Source: Acidimicrobiia bacterium
Lineage (GTDB): Bacteria; Actinomycetota; Acidimicrobiia; Spongiisociales; ZC4RG35
DNA: 64,000 nucleotides
Reading direction: 5' to 3'
Assembly (NCBI GenBank): GCA_050329955.1
Contig: JBHJOH010000077.1
Coordinates: 14,455 to 78,454, forward strand
The position numbers and the translations under genes were made by a program. Below the pieces are notes generated by a model. It ran no database searches, was not told where the DNA came from, and was given only the letters and a program-made list of their open reading frames with translations. This document shows positions 9,325 through 19,163 of the stretch, piece after piece; the first letter of the stretch is position 1, and every line of letters begins with the position of its first letter.

Positions 9325-10068
9325 CTATCCGACCTCTTGAACCGACGCTTTCGGCAGCGTGGCCAGGAAGAAGTCGACGAGTCGCTGAATGGCGTCCTCG
9401 GCCGAGCCCTGGTCGTAGGTGGGGCCGCCGTCGTCGAGGAATCCGTGTCCCACCCCTTCGTAGAGCAGCCAGCTTCCCGAGGCGTTGCGGTTCTGGGCCT
9501 CGTCAACGGTGTCGGGGTCGACGAGGTCGTCTTCTGCGCCGTAGATGGCGAGGATCGGAGGGGCGAGGTGGTCCAGCATGTCGGCTACCTGGTAGCGGCG
9601 CTCTTCGTCGCCGGTGAGGGGGGCATAGGCCACGGCGGCCGAGGCAACCCACGGGCGGTGGGCGGCCTGGATGAGGGCGAAACGTCCGCCGACTTCGAGT
9701 CCGAGAACGCCGACCCGTGCCGCGTGCGCCCACTCGATGTCTTCGCTCGACAGGTACTCCTGGACCTCGTCGAGGACCCGGACCGCTTCGCCGTCGTCGA
9801 GGTCGTGGTAGGTCTCGAGAGCGTCGCCGGTGCGGTCGTTCGCGTAGAGGTCGACTGCGATCACCGCCACCCCCCGCCGGGCGATGCGGCGGGCCAAGTG
9901 CTTCTCGTGGGCGGTGACACCGTCGATATCGGGTACGAGGATGACGACCGGGAACCGGCCCGACTTGTCCGGGCGCGCCAGATATCCGGGGCGGTAGCCG
10001 GTCCCGACCGAAATCGGGAGGCCGCCGTACATGACCGAGTAAGTGCCTTCGTGCGGGAGTACAGCCAC
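9325..10068 (-). CDS. Dienelactone hydrolase family protein
   Basis: Alpha/beta-hydrolase DLH pattern (PVVILVPDIDGV...AVDLY, GVGHGF). The position where DLH has GYCLGG reads GLEVGG, a possible nucleophile substitution. Confidence 0.7.
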   Translation of the reverse strand: MAVLPHEGTYSVMYGGLPISVGTGYRPGYLARPDKSGRFPVVILVPDIDGVTAHEKHLARRIARRGVAVIAVDLYANDRTGDALETYHDLDDGEAVRVLDEVQEYLSSEDIEWAHAARVGVLGLEVGGRFALIQAAHRPWVASAAVAYAPLTGDEERRYQVADMLDHLAPPILAIYGAEDDLVDPDTVDEAQNRNASGSWLLYEGVGHGFLDDGGPTYDQGSAEDAIQRLVDFFLATLPKASVQEVG

Positions 10069-10177
10069 AGTGGGCGACAGGCTAGTACCGCTTCGATCGA
10101 CCTATGGTGGCATCCGAGTCGAGGGTGCTCGGATCGCAAACGCACACGGCTGGTAGCCTCGCAACTCGCCGATCCTC

Positions 10178-11482
10178 ATGACCGACTCCTCTCGAAAACC
10201 TCGTTCGCGCCTGCTCGTGTGGCTCAAGCGCACCGCCATCGCCGCCTTGGTGCTGGCCAACCTCGGGGTGTTCTATCTGTACTGGCAGATCCGATCGATC
10301 GAGGAAACGGTCATCGAGACCGCCGAGACGGTCGAGGAGGTGGTGCCACAGCTCACGCCCACCCTGCCCGGCTCGTCCGAGCCGATCACGTTTCTCCTCG
10401 CCGGGTCGGACTCACGCGAGAACCTCGAGTCGACCGAAGGCTTCGGGGACTTCGAGGGAGAACGTTCCGACGTGATCATGCTCGTCCGGATCTACCCGGC
10501 TGATGGCCGTGCCCAGATTCTCAGCCTGCCGCGGGATCTGTGGGTCGAGATCCCCGGTCATGGGTCTGGAAAGATCAACGGTGCGTACGGGCTGGGCGGC
10601 GCCTCGCTCGTGGTGGAAACCGTGAAGGGCTTCGCCGATGTCGACATCAACCACTACGTCGAGGTCGACTTCGTCGGCTTCCAGGCCATCGTCGATCAAC
10701 TGGGCGGGGTCACGATCGACTTCGAGTACCCGGCCCGCGACGCCAAGTCCGGCCTCGACGTGGGGGCAGGTCCCCAGATCCTCGACGGCACCCAGGCGCT
10801 GGCCTACGCCCGCTCCCGCAGCTATCAAGAGCTCAGGGAGAGCGGTTGGATCTCGGTCGATGCCGACGACTTCGGCCGAGCCGGTCGCCAGCAACAGCTC
10901 ATCATCGCCATCCTCGACCAGATCAAACGACCGTCGTCGATCACCGAGGCCGGGTCGATCATCGGGTCGTTCGCCCAGCACGTGACCATGGACGCGGCAC
11001 TGGCCGACTCCTCGATGATCGAGCTGGCGTTCCGGATGCGGGGGCTGCGCGGCTCCGGTATCGAGACCGCCACGCTCCCGGGTGTCATCGACACGGTGGG
11101 CCAGCAGTCGGTGGTGCTACCCCAGGAGCCGCAGGCCACGGCGGTTGTCGAGGCGTTCCGCACCGGCCGTCCGATGGCGCCGGCGATCGGAGCCGAGGAT
11201 GGGCCCATGACCGTGTTCGTCCTCAACGGCAACGGCTTGTCGGGCAGCGCCGGCGAATGGTCCAATGTGTTGGGAGCGGCAGGTTTCCTGGTGGGCTCCG
11301 TGGACGATGCGGAGCGGTCCGATTACTCCCAGACCCTGGTGAGGGTGCGTTCCGGTGAGGAGGCAACCGGTGAGTTGGTCGTGGCTGCGCTGGGGTTCGG
11401 TCGTGTCGAGTCGGGGGTGGTTGCCGCCGATGCCGACGCCGTGGTGGTACTCGGTGCGGACGCGGCCGGTACGGCCGGGTAG
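10178..11482 (+). CDS. LCP family (LytR-CpsA-Psr) cell-envelope phosphotransferase with C-terminal LytR_C domain
   Basis: N-terminal TM helix, LCP core (ILSLPRDLWVEIPGHGSGKINGAYGLGG, HYVEVDFVGF) and a LytR_C-like tail. Confidence 0.8.
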   Translation: MTDSSRKPRSRLLVWLKRTAIAALVLANLGVFYLYWQIRSIEETVIETAETVEEVVPQLTPTLPGSSEPITFLLAGSDSRENLESTEGFGDFEGERSDVIMLVRIYPADGRAQILSLPRDLWVEIPGHGSGKINGAYGLGGASLVVETVKGFADVDINHYVEVDFVGFQAIVDQLGGVTIDFEYPARDAKSGLDVGAGPQILDGTQALAYARSRSYQELRESGWISVDADDFGRAGRQQQLIIAILDQIKRPSSITEAGSIIGSFAQHVTMDAALADSSMIELAFRMRGLRGSGIETATLPGVIDTVGQQSVVLPQEPQATAVVEAFRTGRPMAPAIGAEDGPMTVFVLNGNGLSGSAGEWSNVLGAAGFLVGSVDDAERSDYSQTLVRVRSGEEATGELVVAALGFGRVESGVVAADADAVVVLGADAAGTAG

Positions 11483-11512
11483 TGTGCCGGCGGATCGGGA
11501 GAGGGAGCAATC

Positions 11513-12778
11513 GTGGACGTAGCCGTCATCGGCGGAGGGTATGTGGGTCTGGTCCAGGCCGCCGGTCTGGCGCGCCTTGGTCATCGGGTTCGTGTCGGCG
11601 AGGTGAACCCGGCCAAGCTGGCCGAATTGGAGGCCGGACGGCTTCCGATCTACGAGGCCGGACTCGACGATCTCATGGAGGAGGCGCTGGGTTCCGGCTC
11701 GCTGACCTTCCACGCTGACAATCTCGAGGCGGCGGGGTCTGCCGACGTCACCTTCCTGTGCCTGCCCACGCCTCCGGGGGTGGATGGAGCCGCCGACCTC
11801 AGCGTGGTCGAGGCCGTGATCCGCCAACTCGCCGACGGCTTGAGGGCCCAGTCGGTGGTTGTGGTGAAGTCGACGATTCCGGTGGGCACCACGGCCCGCC
11901 TGTCGAAGCGGTATGGCGGCCGGCTGAGACTGGTCGGGAACCCGGAGTTCCTCCGTGAGGGCTCGGCGGTGTCGGACTTCCTCCATCCCGATCGCATCGT
12001 CGTCGGATGCGACGACCGGGAGGCGGCCGAGACGGTGGCGGCCCTCTACGACGGGCTCAACACCCGGGTCCTTTTCACGGATCCGACCTCGGCGGAGCTC
12101 ATCAAGTACGGCGCCAACGGCTACCTGGCGACACGCCTCACCTTCGTCAACGCCCTCGCCAACATCGCCGAGTCGGTGGGTGCCGACATCCTCGACGTGG
12201 TCGAGGGTATGGGCCTGGATCCGCGTATCGGCCCCCACTTCCTGCGGCCCGGTCCCGGGTACGGGGGTTCCTGCTTCCCGAAGGACACCATTGCACTGCT
12301 CGCCACCTCCAGACAGGCGGGATACGAGTTCACGCTGCTCCAATCCGTGGTCGATGCCGACCGTTCCCAACGTCACTGGATCGTGGGCAACATCCGTCGC
12401 CTGGTCGGCGGTGATCTCGCCGATGCCCGAATCGGAATGTGGGGGGTGGCCTTCAAGGCCGGGACAGACGACACGAGGGAGTCGCCGGCGCTGAAGATCG
12501 CCCAGATGCTCACCGCCGATGGAGCCACTGTCGCCGCCTACGACCCGGAGGCAACATCCGACGCCATCGAGATGGCGGGCGACCCGGTGGCGGCAGCCAA
12601 GGGTGCGTCAGTGCTCATCATTGCCACCGAGTGGCCCGAGTTCCGTTCGATCGACCTGGCGAGGGTGGCGGCGGCGATGGAGGGCAACGTGGTCTACGAC
12701 CTTCGCAACCTGCTCGATCCCGCCGCGGTGAGAGCGGCCGGTCTGGTCTACATGGCCCTGGGTCGCCCCAACGCGTAG
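11513..12778 (+). CDS. UDP-glucose/GDP-mannose dehydrogenase family protein (nucleotide-sugar 6-dehydrogenase)
   Basis: NAD motif VIGGGYVGL, catalytic GGSCFPKD, and a C-terminal UDP-binding domain. GTG start with GGGAGAGGGAG ribosome-binding site. Confidence 0.85.
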   Translation: MDVAVIGGGYVGLVQAAGLARLGHRVRVGEVNPAKLAELEAGRLPIYEAGLDDLMEEALGSGSLTFHADNLEAAGSADVTFLCLPTPPGVDGAADLSVVEAVIRQLADGLRAQSVVVVKSTIPVGTTARLSKRYGGRLRLVGNPEFLREGSAVSDFLHPDRIVVGCDDREAAETVAALYDGLNTRVLFTDPTSAELIKYGANGYLATRLTFVNALANIAESVGADILDVVEGMGLDPRIGPHFLRPGPGYGGSCFPKDTIALLATSRQAGYEFTLLQSVVDADRSQRHWIVGNIRRLVGGDLADARIGMWGVAFKAGTDDTRESPALKIAQMLTADGATVAAYDPEATSDAIEMAGDPVAAAKGASVLIIATEWPEFRSIDLARVAAAMEGNVVYDLRNLLDPAAVRAAGLVYMALGRPNA

Positions 12779-12816
12779 GGGGTGGTCCTCAACCTCTGCC
12801 GGACTCGGACATCGGA

Positions 12817-13524
12817 TCAGAGGAAGAGGTCTTCCTGGGGTGACCGGACCATCGTGACGGCCCCCGCCGTCCCGGGCTTGTATTCGACGCCCCGAACGAT
12901 GGCCACCGGAATCTGCGAGGCCTTTCCCATCACGAGGTCGGCGGCGGCTGCGACCTCGTCGGCGATGGCGACCTCCGAGACCTCGAGCAGTTTGCCGTAC
13001 GCATCGGTGGAACCGCGCAGGTCGGTGATCGGCTCCATGCCGGCAACGCCGATGGCGACATCGGTGAGGCCGCGTCGCCACACCCGACCGAACGTGTCGG
13101 AGACGATCACGGCCACATCCACACCGAGTAGGTGGGACAGCTTGAGCCGGATCCGGTTGGCGGACAGGTCCGGGTCGATGGGCAACAGGATGGCGCGGGC
13201 GTGGCCGGCGTTGGATCGGTCCACGCCGGCATTTGCACAGATGAATCCGTGTCTGGTGCGGGCAATCACCAACGGTCCGCGTCGGCGGATGATGTCGCTC
13301 GCCTCCTGCTCGATCAGGTGGCGGTGGGCGTCTGGCCCGTCATCGTCGAGTTCGACGATGCGGCCTTCCGCCTTCGAGACGATCTTGTGGGTCACCACGA
13401 CGACGTCGCGGTCGGCGAGCGTGATGTCGGCGTGCGCCAGGGCGGCGACGATGACGGTGGCGACGTCGTCGCCCGGCTCCACTTCGCCGATCCCGGTCAC
13501 CGGGGTCACGGTCAGGCCAGCCAC
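12817..13524 (-). CDS. cofE: Coenzyme F420-0:L-glutamate ligase
   Basis: CofE motifs VVTHKIVSKAEGR and ANAGVD. Overlaps the cofD stop by 13 nt (operon). Confidence 0.8.
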   Translation of the reverse strand: MAGLTVTPVTGIGEVEPGDDVATVIVAALAHADITLADRDVVVVTHKIVSKAEGRIVELDDDGPDAHRHLIEQEASDIIRRRGPLVIARTRHGFICANAGVDRSNAGHARAILLPIDPDLSANRIRLKLSHLLGVDVAVIVSDTFGRVWRRGLTDVAIGVAGMEPITDLRGSTDAYGKLLEVSEVAIADEVAAAADLVMGKASQIPVAIVRGVEYKPGTAGAVTMVRSPQEDLFL

Positions 13525-14420
13525 GTGAGAATCTCCTGTGCGAGAGCGGTGGCGGCCTCCGGTTCGGCGATCATCGTGTCGGTGCGGAGTACCGAGACAC
13601 TCGTAGGCGGAGCTGTGGTCTCGGCGGTGTCGATGACGAGATGGCTCACCACGCCGCCGTACGCTTCGACGATGCCGGTGAGGTCATTGGTCAGCCCGAC
13701 GCCGCGCATGGCCTCGGCGGCTGGGCCTTTGATCGCCCGTCCGCTGATGAGGGGGCTGACGGCGACGACGGTCCCGACCGCGCTCACCGCCTCCCCGACT
13801 CCCGGAACGGCGAGTATCGGCCAGATCGAGAGCACCGGGTTGGAGGGGGCGATCACGACGGCGTCGGCGGTGTGGAGGGCATCGAGGACGCCGGGAGCGG
13901 GCCTCGCCTGGTCGGCGCCGGCGAACCTGATGCCGATGACCTCGTCGGCATGGCGTCTCCTCACGAAGTAGGTCTGGAAGTCCAGTTCGCCGTCGGGCGT
14001 GGCGACCATGGTGCGAACGGGGTCATCGGTGGCGGGCAGGACCGGCGTGGAGATCCCGAACCCACTGCAGATGTCTGCGGTGATGTCGCTCAGGCGGTGT
14101 CCCGACGCCAGGCGCCCCGTGCGATACAGATTGACGGCGAGGTCGACGTCACCGAGACGGAACGACGTGTCGGCATCCGGGAACCGGGAGAGTTCGTCCA
14201 TGGCTCGCCACGTCTCCTTGGACCGGCCCCAACCGTGTGGCCCCTGTTCACCGGCGAGGGTGTAGATCACCGTGTCGAGATCGGCCGACACGTGAAGACC
14301 GTGGATGAGATCGTCGTCGCCGGTATTGACGACTACCGTTACCTTCGCCCCGGGGATCGCAGCCAGGCCTCGAGCCATCCGGGCCCCGCCCACACCGCCA
14401 GAGAGCATCACGAGCTGCAT
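13512..14420 (-). CDS. cofD: 2-phospho-L-lactate transferase (F420 biosynthesis)
   Basis: Own translation of the C-terminal 302 aa of the artefactual 1209-aa minus ORF: MQLVMLSGGVGGARMARGL...NTGDD, typical CofD/FbiA. ATG at 14420. Confidence 0.8.
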   Translation of the reverse strand: MQLVMLSGGVGGARMARGLAAIPGAKVTVVVNTGDDDLIHGLHVSADLDTVIYTLAGEQGPHGWGRSKETWRAMDELSRFPDADTSFRLGDVDLAVNLYRTGRLASGHRLSDITADICSGFGISTPVLPATDDPVRTMVATPDGELDFQTYFVRRRHADEVIGIRFAGADQARPAPGVLDALHTADAVVIAPSNPVLSIWPILAVPGVGEAVSAVGTVVAVSPLISGRAIKGPAAEAMRGVGLTNDLTGIVEAYGGVVSHLVIDTAETTAPPTSVSVLRTDTMIAEPEAATALAQEILTWLA

Positions 14421-14444
14421 CGACCCGCCAAGGTATTTCTCGTC

Positions 14445-17234
14445 ATGACCGCCTCCACTGAGTTGCCCTCCGGATTGGAAGACGACCTCGATCACACGCC
14501 GACACCGGCGGTGATCGCGGCCGTCCTGTTCGTCGACGAGCGCTCTCTCCCGGTCTCGGTCGAGGCCGTCAAGACGCAAGTCTACGGAGTCGATCGGGTA
14601 GTGGTTCTCGGTGGAGGCTCGGTGGCGGCCGCACTCGCCGCAGCTCGCGGTGCAGACCACATGGCCTCCTACGCCGATTTCGTGAGGTTCCTCGGCGCCG
14701 ATGCCGACTACGTGTGGCTCCTGCATGGTGATGCTCGACCCCGCCCGGACGCACTGGGAGCCCTGGTGACCGAGACCGAGCGCAACGAGGCGTCGCTGGT
14801 TGGTTCCAAGGTGCTCGACGGGGGCGCCCCCGATCGGCTCGAGTCGGTCGGGGCTGCCACTGACGTGTTCGGTGAGCCGTACACGGGACTCGACCCCGAA
14901 GAGGTCGATCTGGAGCAGTACGACGTGGTGCGCGACGTCGCCTTCATCTCCGGTGTCTCGATGCTGGTGCGCCGCGACCTGCTCAAGGGTCTGGGCGGCA
15001 TCGACGAGACCCTGCCGCCGGTGGCGGCCGGTCTCGACTTCTCCCAGCGTGCGCGCATCGCCGGGGGTCGGGTGATGGTGGCACCGTCTTCCGAGGTCCT
15101 GCATCTGAAGATCTGTGGGCAGGAGGGCGCCGGGTGGCGCGAGCAGGCCGGCCGCATGCGGGCGATGATGAAGGCCTACCGCTGGATCACGCTGCTGTGG
15201 GCGATCCCGGCCGGATGGCTGTTGGCCCTGGCAGATGGAGTGCTTCGTCTGTTCCTCGGTTCGACCCGCCCTCTGACGGACCTGATGCGGGCATCCGCCT
15301 GGAATCTGATGCGGTTGCCATCCACCTTGCGCGCCCGGAACGCGGTGCGGGCGGTGCGGGCCACCGGTGACGAGGAGTTGTTTCGCTACCAGGTCTCGGG
15401 CTCGGTGCGTCTCCGTGCGCTCGGCGCCGATCTCGCCTCCCGCTTCGGGTGGATCATCGACCAGGAGCCGGGTGTCGTCACCGAGGAGGAGCTGGAGCGG
15501 GAGCCATCGATCGGGGGACCGGCCGGCCTCGCCGTCGCCGTCCTCATCGTCGGGTTGTCCACCAGATCGTTGTGGTTCGCCCGGCCGGTCGGGTCGGGGT
15601 TCTGGCTTCCGCTGCATTCCGACGCCGCGTCCGTCATCGCCTCGTACTCGGGAGGCTGGAACCCTGCCGGTCTCGGAAGCACCCAGACCCTGCACCCGTC
15701 TGCCGCCGCCGTCTCGGTGGTCCAGTGGCTGCTCGGAGTCTGGACCGGAACGATCAGCCTGATCACAGGCGTGGCCGTGGTCGCCGCGGTGTGGGGCGTG
15801 GCTCGCCTGTTGGCCTCGCTCGGAGTGGCTGGCGCCTCCAAATGGCTGGCGGGCATCGCCTACGTCCTGGGACCCTTCACGGTGGCATTCACCGAAACGG
15901 GCTACTGGCCCGGGTTCGTTGCGCTCGGAGCGTTGCCCTGGCTCGTGGAAGCCGTGATCACGCACGTCGACGGGCACGGGCGCGCCATGTGGGGCAGGGT
16001 AGGGCGCGTCGTCCTGTCCGCAGGTCTGACCGCCTCGTTCGCACCGTTGGCGATCGTGGTGCCGCTCCTGGTTGTGGCGCTGGCAATCCCGATCATGAGC
16101 CGCACCGGCATCCGGGTATCCGCCCTCTGGTGGGCGCTGGTCGGACTGGTGGCCGGAGCCGATGTCGTGGCGCCGTACCTGCTCGGGGTGCCGCCTGCGG
16201 CCCTCACGGCCGACACGGTGGTTTCCGATCCGTGGCCTTCGGTGGTCGTCGGCCTGGCGCTCGTTGCCGCATCGATCTTCACGGTGGTGTTGGCCCCGCC
16301 GGCCCGGGCCCGGGTGGCGGGCTGGGGAGGGGCGATGTTGGGCTTGGCGCTGCTCCTGACGACCGTGCCCGGCGTGACCGGCGAGTTGAGGGTGGCGACG
16401 GTTGCCCTGGCTGCTCTCGGGTCCGCCTTCGTGATCGGTGGAGCCATCAGGGTGGACTTCGACACCAGCGCCCCGGCGGTGGCCGCCCAGACGCTGGGTG
16501 TGCTCGCATCCGTGATCGTGATCGGCGCCTCCCTGCCGCTCGTGTTGGACGGCCGCGCCGGGCTGCCCGATGAAGGCTGGTCCGACCGCCTCGAGTTCGT
16601 GGCGGAGCTCCAATCCGCTTCCGGTCTCGATCGGACCCTGCTGATAGGCCCGGCCGAGGCGCTGCCAGGCGATCACCGCCTGGGGGACGGATACGCCTAT
16701 CGCCTGGTGACGGGAGCCGAACCGACGCTGGACCAGGGTTGGCTCGGGCTGGCACGCATTGGTGATCGGGCGCTCGGGAACACGTTGACAGCGGTGAACG
16801 CAGGTTCCACCGCCCGCCCAGGTGAGTTGCTGGCGGAGTTCGCGGTGCGCTGGGTCGTCGTCGCCGACGGCACTCCCTTGCTCGACGTCCTGGCATCCCA
16901 GGTCGACCTCGCCGAGCGCCAGCGGCTCGAAGGTTGGGCGGTGTACGAGAACCTGGCAGCCCGGCCACGGCTCGAGCACCCCGCCGGAACCTGGGAGGGG
17001 GCGCGGGCCGGCGCCGGCGGCCCCCCCGGGGACGCTCGGATTCGGCTGGCCGACAACGCAGATCCCGGTTGGGGGCCCGACTGGGCGCAATCCGAGTGGG
17101 CGAACGAGCTCTCGGCGTCGGACGGTGCCATCTCGTTCCAACCGGATCCTCTGCGCCGCTGGCTCGCCGTTGCATCGGCGGCGATCCTGGCCGGGTCGGC
17201 TGGGCTGGCGTTCTTCGGGAGGCGACGGGCGTGA
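14445..17234 (+). CDS. GT-A fold (GT2-like) glycosyltransferase domain fused to a ~650-aa polytopic membrane domain
   Basis: N-terminus VIAAVLFVDE...QVYGVDRVVVLGGGS...YVWLLHGDARP matches GT2 topology, with DDGS replaced by GGGS and DxD by HGD. Many hydrophobic helices follow. ATG at 14445 is only 24 bp from the divergent cofD start. ORF 13641..17234 upstream of 14445 is the antisense shadow of cofD. Confidence 0.7.
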   Translation: MTASTELPSGLEDDLDHTPTPAVIAAVLFVDERSLPVSVEAVKTQVYGVDRVVVLGGGSVAAALAAARGADHMASYADFVRFLGADADYVWLLHGDARPRPDALGALVTETERNEASLVGSKVLDGGAPDRLESVGAATDVFGEPYTGLDPEEVDLEQYDVVRDVAFISGVSMLVRRDLLKGLGGIDETLPPVAAGLDFSQRARIAGGRVMVAPSSEVLHLKICGQEGAGWREQAGRMRAMMKAYRWITLLWAIPAGWLLALADGVLRLFLGSTRPLTDLMRASAWNLMRLPSTLRARNAVRAVRATGDEELFRYQVSGSVRLRALGADLASRFGWIIDQEPGVVTEEELEREPSIGGPAGLAVAVLIVGLSTRSLWFARPVGSGFWLPLHSDAASVIASYSGGWNPAGLGSTQTLHPSAAAVSVVQWLLGVWTGTISLITGVAVVAAVWGVARLLASLGVAGASKWLAGIAYVLGPFTVAFTETGYWPGFVALGALPWLVEAVITHVDGHGRAMWGRVGRVVLSAGLTASFAPLAIVVPLLVVALAIPIMSRTGIRVSALWWALVGLVAGADVVAPYLLGVPPAALTADTVVSDPWPSVVVGLALVAASIFTVVLAPPARARVAGWGGAMLGLALLLTTVPGVTGELRVATVALAALGSAFVIGGAIRVDFDTSAPAVAAQTLGVLASVIVIGASLPLVLDGRAGLPDEGWSDRLEFVAELQSASGLDRTLLIGPAEALPGDHRLGDGYAYRLVTGAEPTLDQGWLGLARIGDRALGNTLTAVNAGSTARPGELLAEFAVRWVVVADGTPLLDVLASQVDLAERQRLEGWAVYENLAARPRLEHPAGTWEGARAGAGGPPGDARIRLADNADPGWGPDWAQSEWANELSASDGAISFQPDPLRRWLAVASAAILAGSAGLAFFGRRRA

Positions 17235-18520
17235 TCAGAAGACTCATCCAACTGGCACTGGTGCTGGCGACCATCTCGGGTGCCTGGCTGCTCCGTCCCG
17301 TGCCGACGGAGGCGGGTCTCGACCTCGGTCTCGAGCCGGCGCCGCCGGCATTCGTGGGCTGCATCGGCTGGGTGGATCGCGATCTCGCCTCTTGGGTCCT
17401 GATCGGATCGGTCGTCCGCGGCGATGTGCTCGCCACGCTGGTCGCTCCCGGCGATCCGGCCCAGGTGGTCGTGTCGGTGGACCCGGCAGGGGGAGCCGTC
17501 TTCTCGATGGGCGACGAAATCGGCGCAGCAGGGATCGTCGGGGCACTGGCCGAGATGCCTACCTCAGATGCCGGCGCCACAGTGCTCAGTACGAGGGAGG
17601 CCGCAGCCGCCGCGTCCTCGTGCACCGCTCCTTCCACCGGGACGTTGGTTGCCGTCGGCGGGTCGACCAACACCGGCGAGACCCTGGACCTGGTGCTCAC
17701 CAACCCCTACGCAGCCGATGCCGTCGTCTCCGTCTCCTCCAGCAGCGAAGCCGGGGAAGACTCTGCGACCGAAATCGCTTCGATCCTCGTTCCAGCGCGC
17801 ACGACGGTGGTCCGGGGCCTCGAGACGCTCCTGACACTTCGCCAGTCGCTGTCGGTCCGCATGGAGGTTCAACGGGGTGCGATCCATGGTGCGCTGGTGC
17901 AGGGATCGGAGGGCGATGTCTCGATCATCGAGGCGGTCGAGCCCGCACAGGACTGGTGGGTCCCGTCGCTGCTCGTCGCCGAGGCCACCAGCCGGGTCGT
18001 GATCGCCAACAGTTCGGTGGTTCCAGTTGACATTCTCGTCGACGTCTACGAGGGGGGTACCTTCACCGAGGGCGCATTCGAAGGTGTCGTGGAGGCCAGG
18101 TCCCAACTCGAGATCTCGGTGGATGAGTTCGCGGACGGGCCCGCCGGCTTCCGGGTGAGTTCCGACGGTCCGATCGTTGTCGGGCTGGTGGTTGATGGAG
18201 TCACCTCCAGGGCCGCCACGCCTGGGACCACACTCTCGACCGAGTGGATCCTGGCCGGAAGCGGCTCTCTCGACTCAGCTCGGGCCTGGGTTCTCAATCC
18301 GGGCGAGGTCGAGGCCGAACTCATACTTCAGCCTCTCACTCCGGGGCTGCCGGCTCAAGCGGCCACGGTGCCGGCGGATGCCGTCGTTGCGGTTGTCGTC
18401 GACCCAGGCGGGGCCGGGTATCTGATCCGGTCCACCTCCGAGATCGCCGTGTTCTGGTCCGGACGCCAGGTGGGGTTGGCGCTGGCGACCGGCCACCCCC
18501 TGGCGGGGGTCGCCGAGTGA
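17231..18520 (+). CDS. Membrane-anchored hypothetical protein, Ala/Val/Gly-rich extracytoplasmic domain
   Basis: GTG start overlaps the upstream stop (GTGA). N-terminal TM helix LALVLATISGAWLL. No recognisable catalytic motif. Confidence 0.5.
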   Translation: MIRRLIQLALVLATISGAWLLRPVPTEAGLDLGLEPAPPAFVGCIGWVDRDLASWVLIGSVVRGDVLATLVAPGDPAQVVVSVDPAGGAVFSMGDEIGAAGIVGALAEMPTSDAGATVLSTREAAAAASSCTAPSTGTLVAVGGSTNTGETLDLVLTNPYAADAVVSVSSSSEAGEDSATEIASILVPARTTVVRGLETLLTLRQSLSVRMEVQRGAIHGALVQGSEGDVSIIEAVEPAQDWWVPSLLVAEATSRVVIANSSVVPVDILVDVYEGGTFTEGAFEGVVEARSQLEISVDEFADGPAGFRVSSDGPIVVGLVVDGVTSRAATPGTTLSTEWILAGSGSLDSARAWVLNPGEVEAELILQPLTPGLPAQAATVPADAVVAVVVDPGGAGYLIRSTSEIAVFWSGRQVGLALATGHPLAGVAE

Positions 18521-18524
18521 TCGC

Positions 18525-18893
18525 GTGAACGACCCGCTCTCACGTTTGCTCGTGGTCTTGGCGGTGGTGGGGGTGACGTTGGCCTTCGCCCTGGCCGTCC
18601 GCCGGGGGATGGCGGTGAGACGACGGTCGGTGCAGATCGACCTCCCACACTCCGGCGTCGTGGTGTTCGCCTCGTCGGGATGTGTGACCTGCGCCAGGCT
18701 CGAGGCGGAGTTGTCCCAGGCCGGCATCGCCGACGTGACCGTGCTCGACTGGGATGAGTCGCCCGAGCTGTTCCTCTCGGCCCACATCGACCGGGTGCCA
18801 ACACTCGTGTCACTCGACGCCGGTGGGACGGGATGGATGGTGCAAGGGGTGCCGTCGGCGGCCCGGCTGCGGAAATGGCTCGGAGGTCCTTGA
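18525..18893 (+). CDS. Membrane-anchored thioredoxin/glutaredoxin-fold protein with a CxxC motif
   Basis: TM helix LLVVLAVVGVTLAFALAV, then VVVFASSGCVTCARL and VPTLV. Confidence 0.5.
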   Translation: MNDPLSRLLVVLAVVGVTLAFALAVRRGMAVRRRSVQIDLPHSGVVVFASSGCVTCARLEAELSQAGIADVTVLDWDESPELFLSAHIDRVPTLVSLDAGGTGWMVQGVPSAARLRKWLGGP

Positions 18894-18925
18894 ATGGGCG
18901 ATGGCAGTGCCCTACCGTCTCTGCC

Positions 18926-19159
18926 ATGACCACGACGTGCATACGCTGCTCGACGCCCGCCGCTTCGGTGATGACGTTCGACTATCAGGAGCGATCGGTG
19001 TGGCTCGTCGAGTTCGAGTCACCCCCGGACCTGGGGGCCGGCTACAGCATGTGCACACCGCACGCCGATCGGATGACGCCGCCACTCGGGTGGACGCTCA
19101 CAGATCGCCGCAACGTGACCCGGCTGTTCGCTCCGGCAGCCAGTTCCGGCGTCGCCTGA
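18926..19159 (+). CDS. DUF3499 family small protein (CxxC and FDYxxR...VWL...C..H...PP.GW..DRR)
   Basis: MTTTCIRCSTPAASVMTFDYQERSVWLVEF...MCTPHADRMTPPLGWTLTDRR matches the actinobacterial DUF3499 pattern (cf. Rv3258c next to pmmA). ATG at 18926 chosen over the longer ORF start at 18833. Confidence 0.6.
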   Translation: MTTTCIRCSTPAASVMTFDYQERSVWLVEFESPPDLGAGYSMCTPHADRMTPPLGWTLTDRRNVTRLFAPAASSGVA

Positions 19160-19163
19160 ACCC

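Noticed and set aside
13512-17141. 1209-aa minus-strand ORF and other very long ORFs (6658..8916 +, 2308..4722 + N-terminal part, 3115..4767 -, 4781..6781 +, 39574..41850 -, 49397..51094 +, 49935..51386 +, 16447..17703 -, 308..1369 +)
   Set aside because: Their translations are Arg/Gly/Pro/Asp-rich low-complexity strings typical of antisense frames in high-GC DNA. Each overlaps a gene with clear family motifs on the other strand or frame. Only the portions named in the feature list are real (cofD inside 13512..17141, birA at the end of 6658..8916, the LpdA-like gene at the end of 2308..4722).
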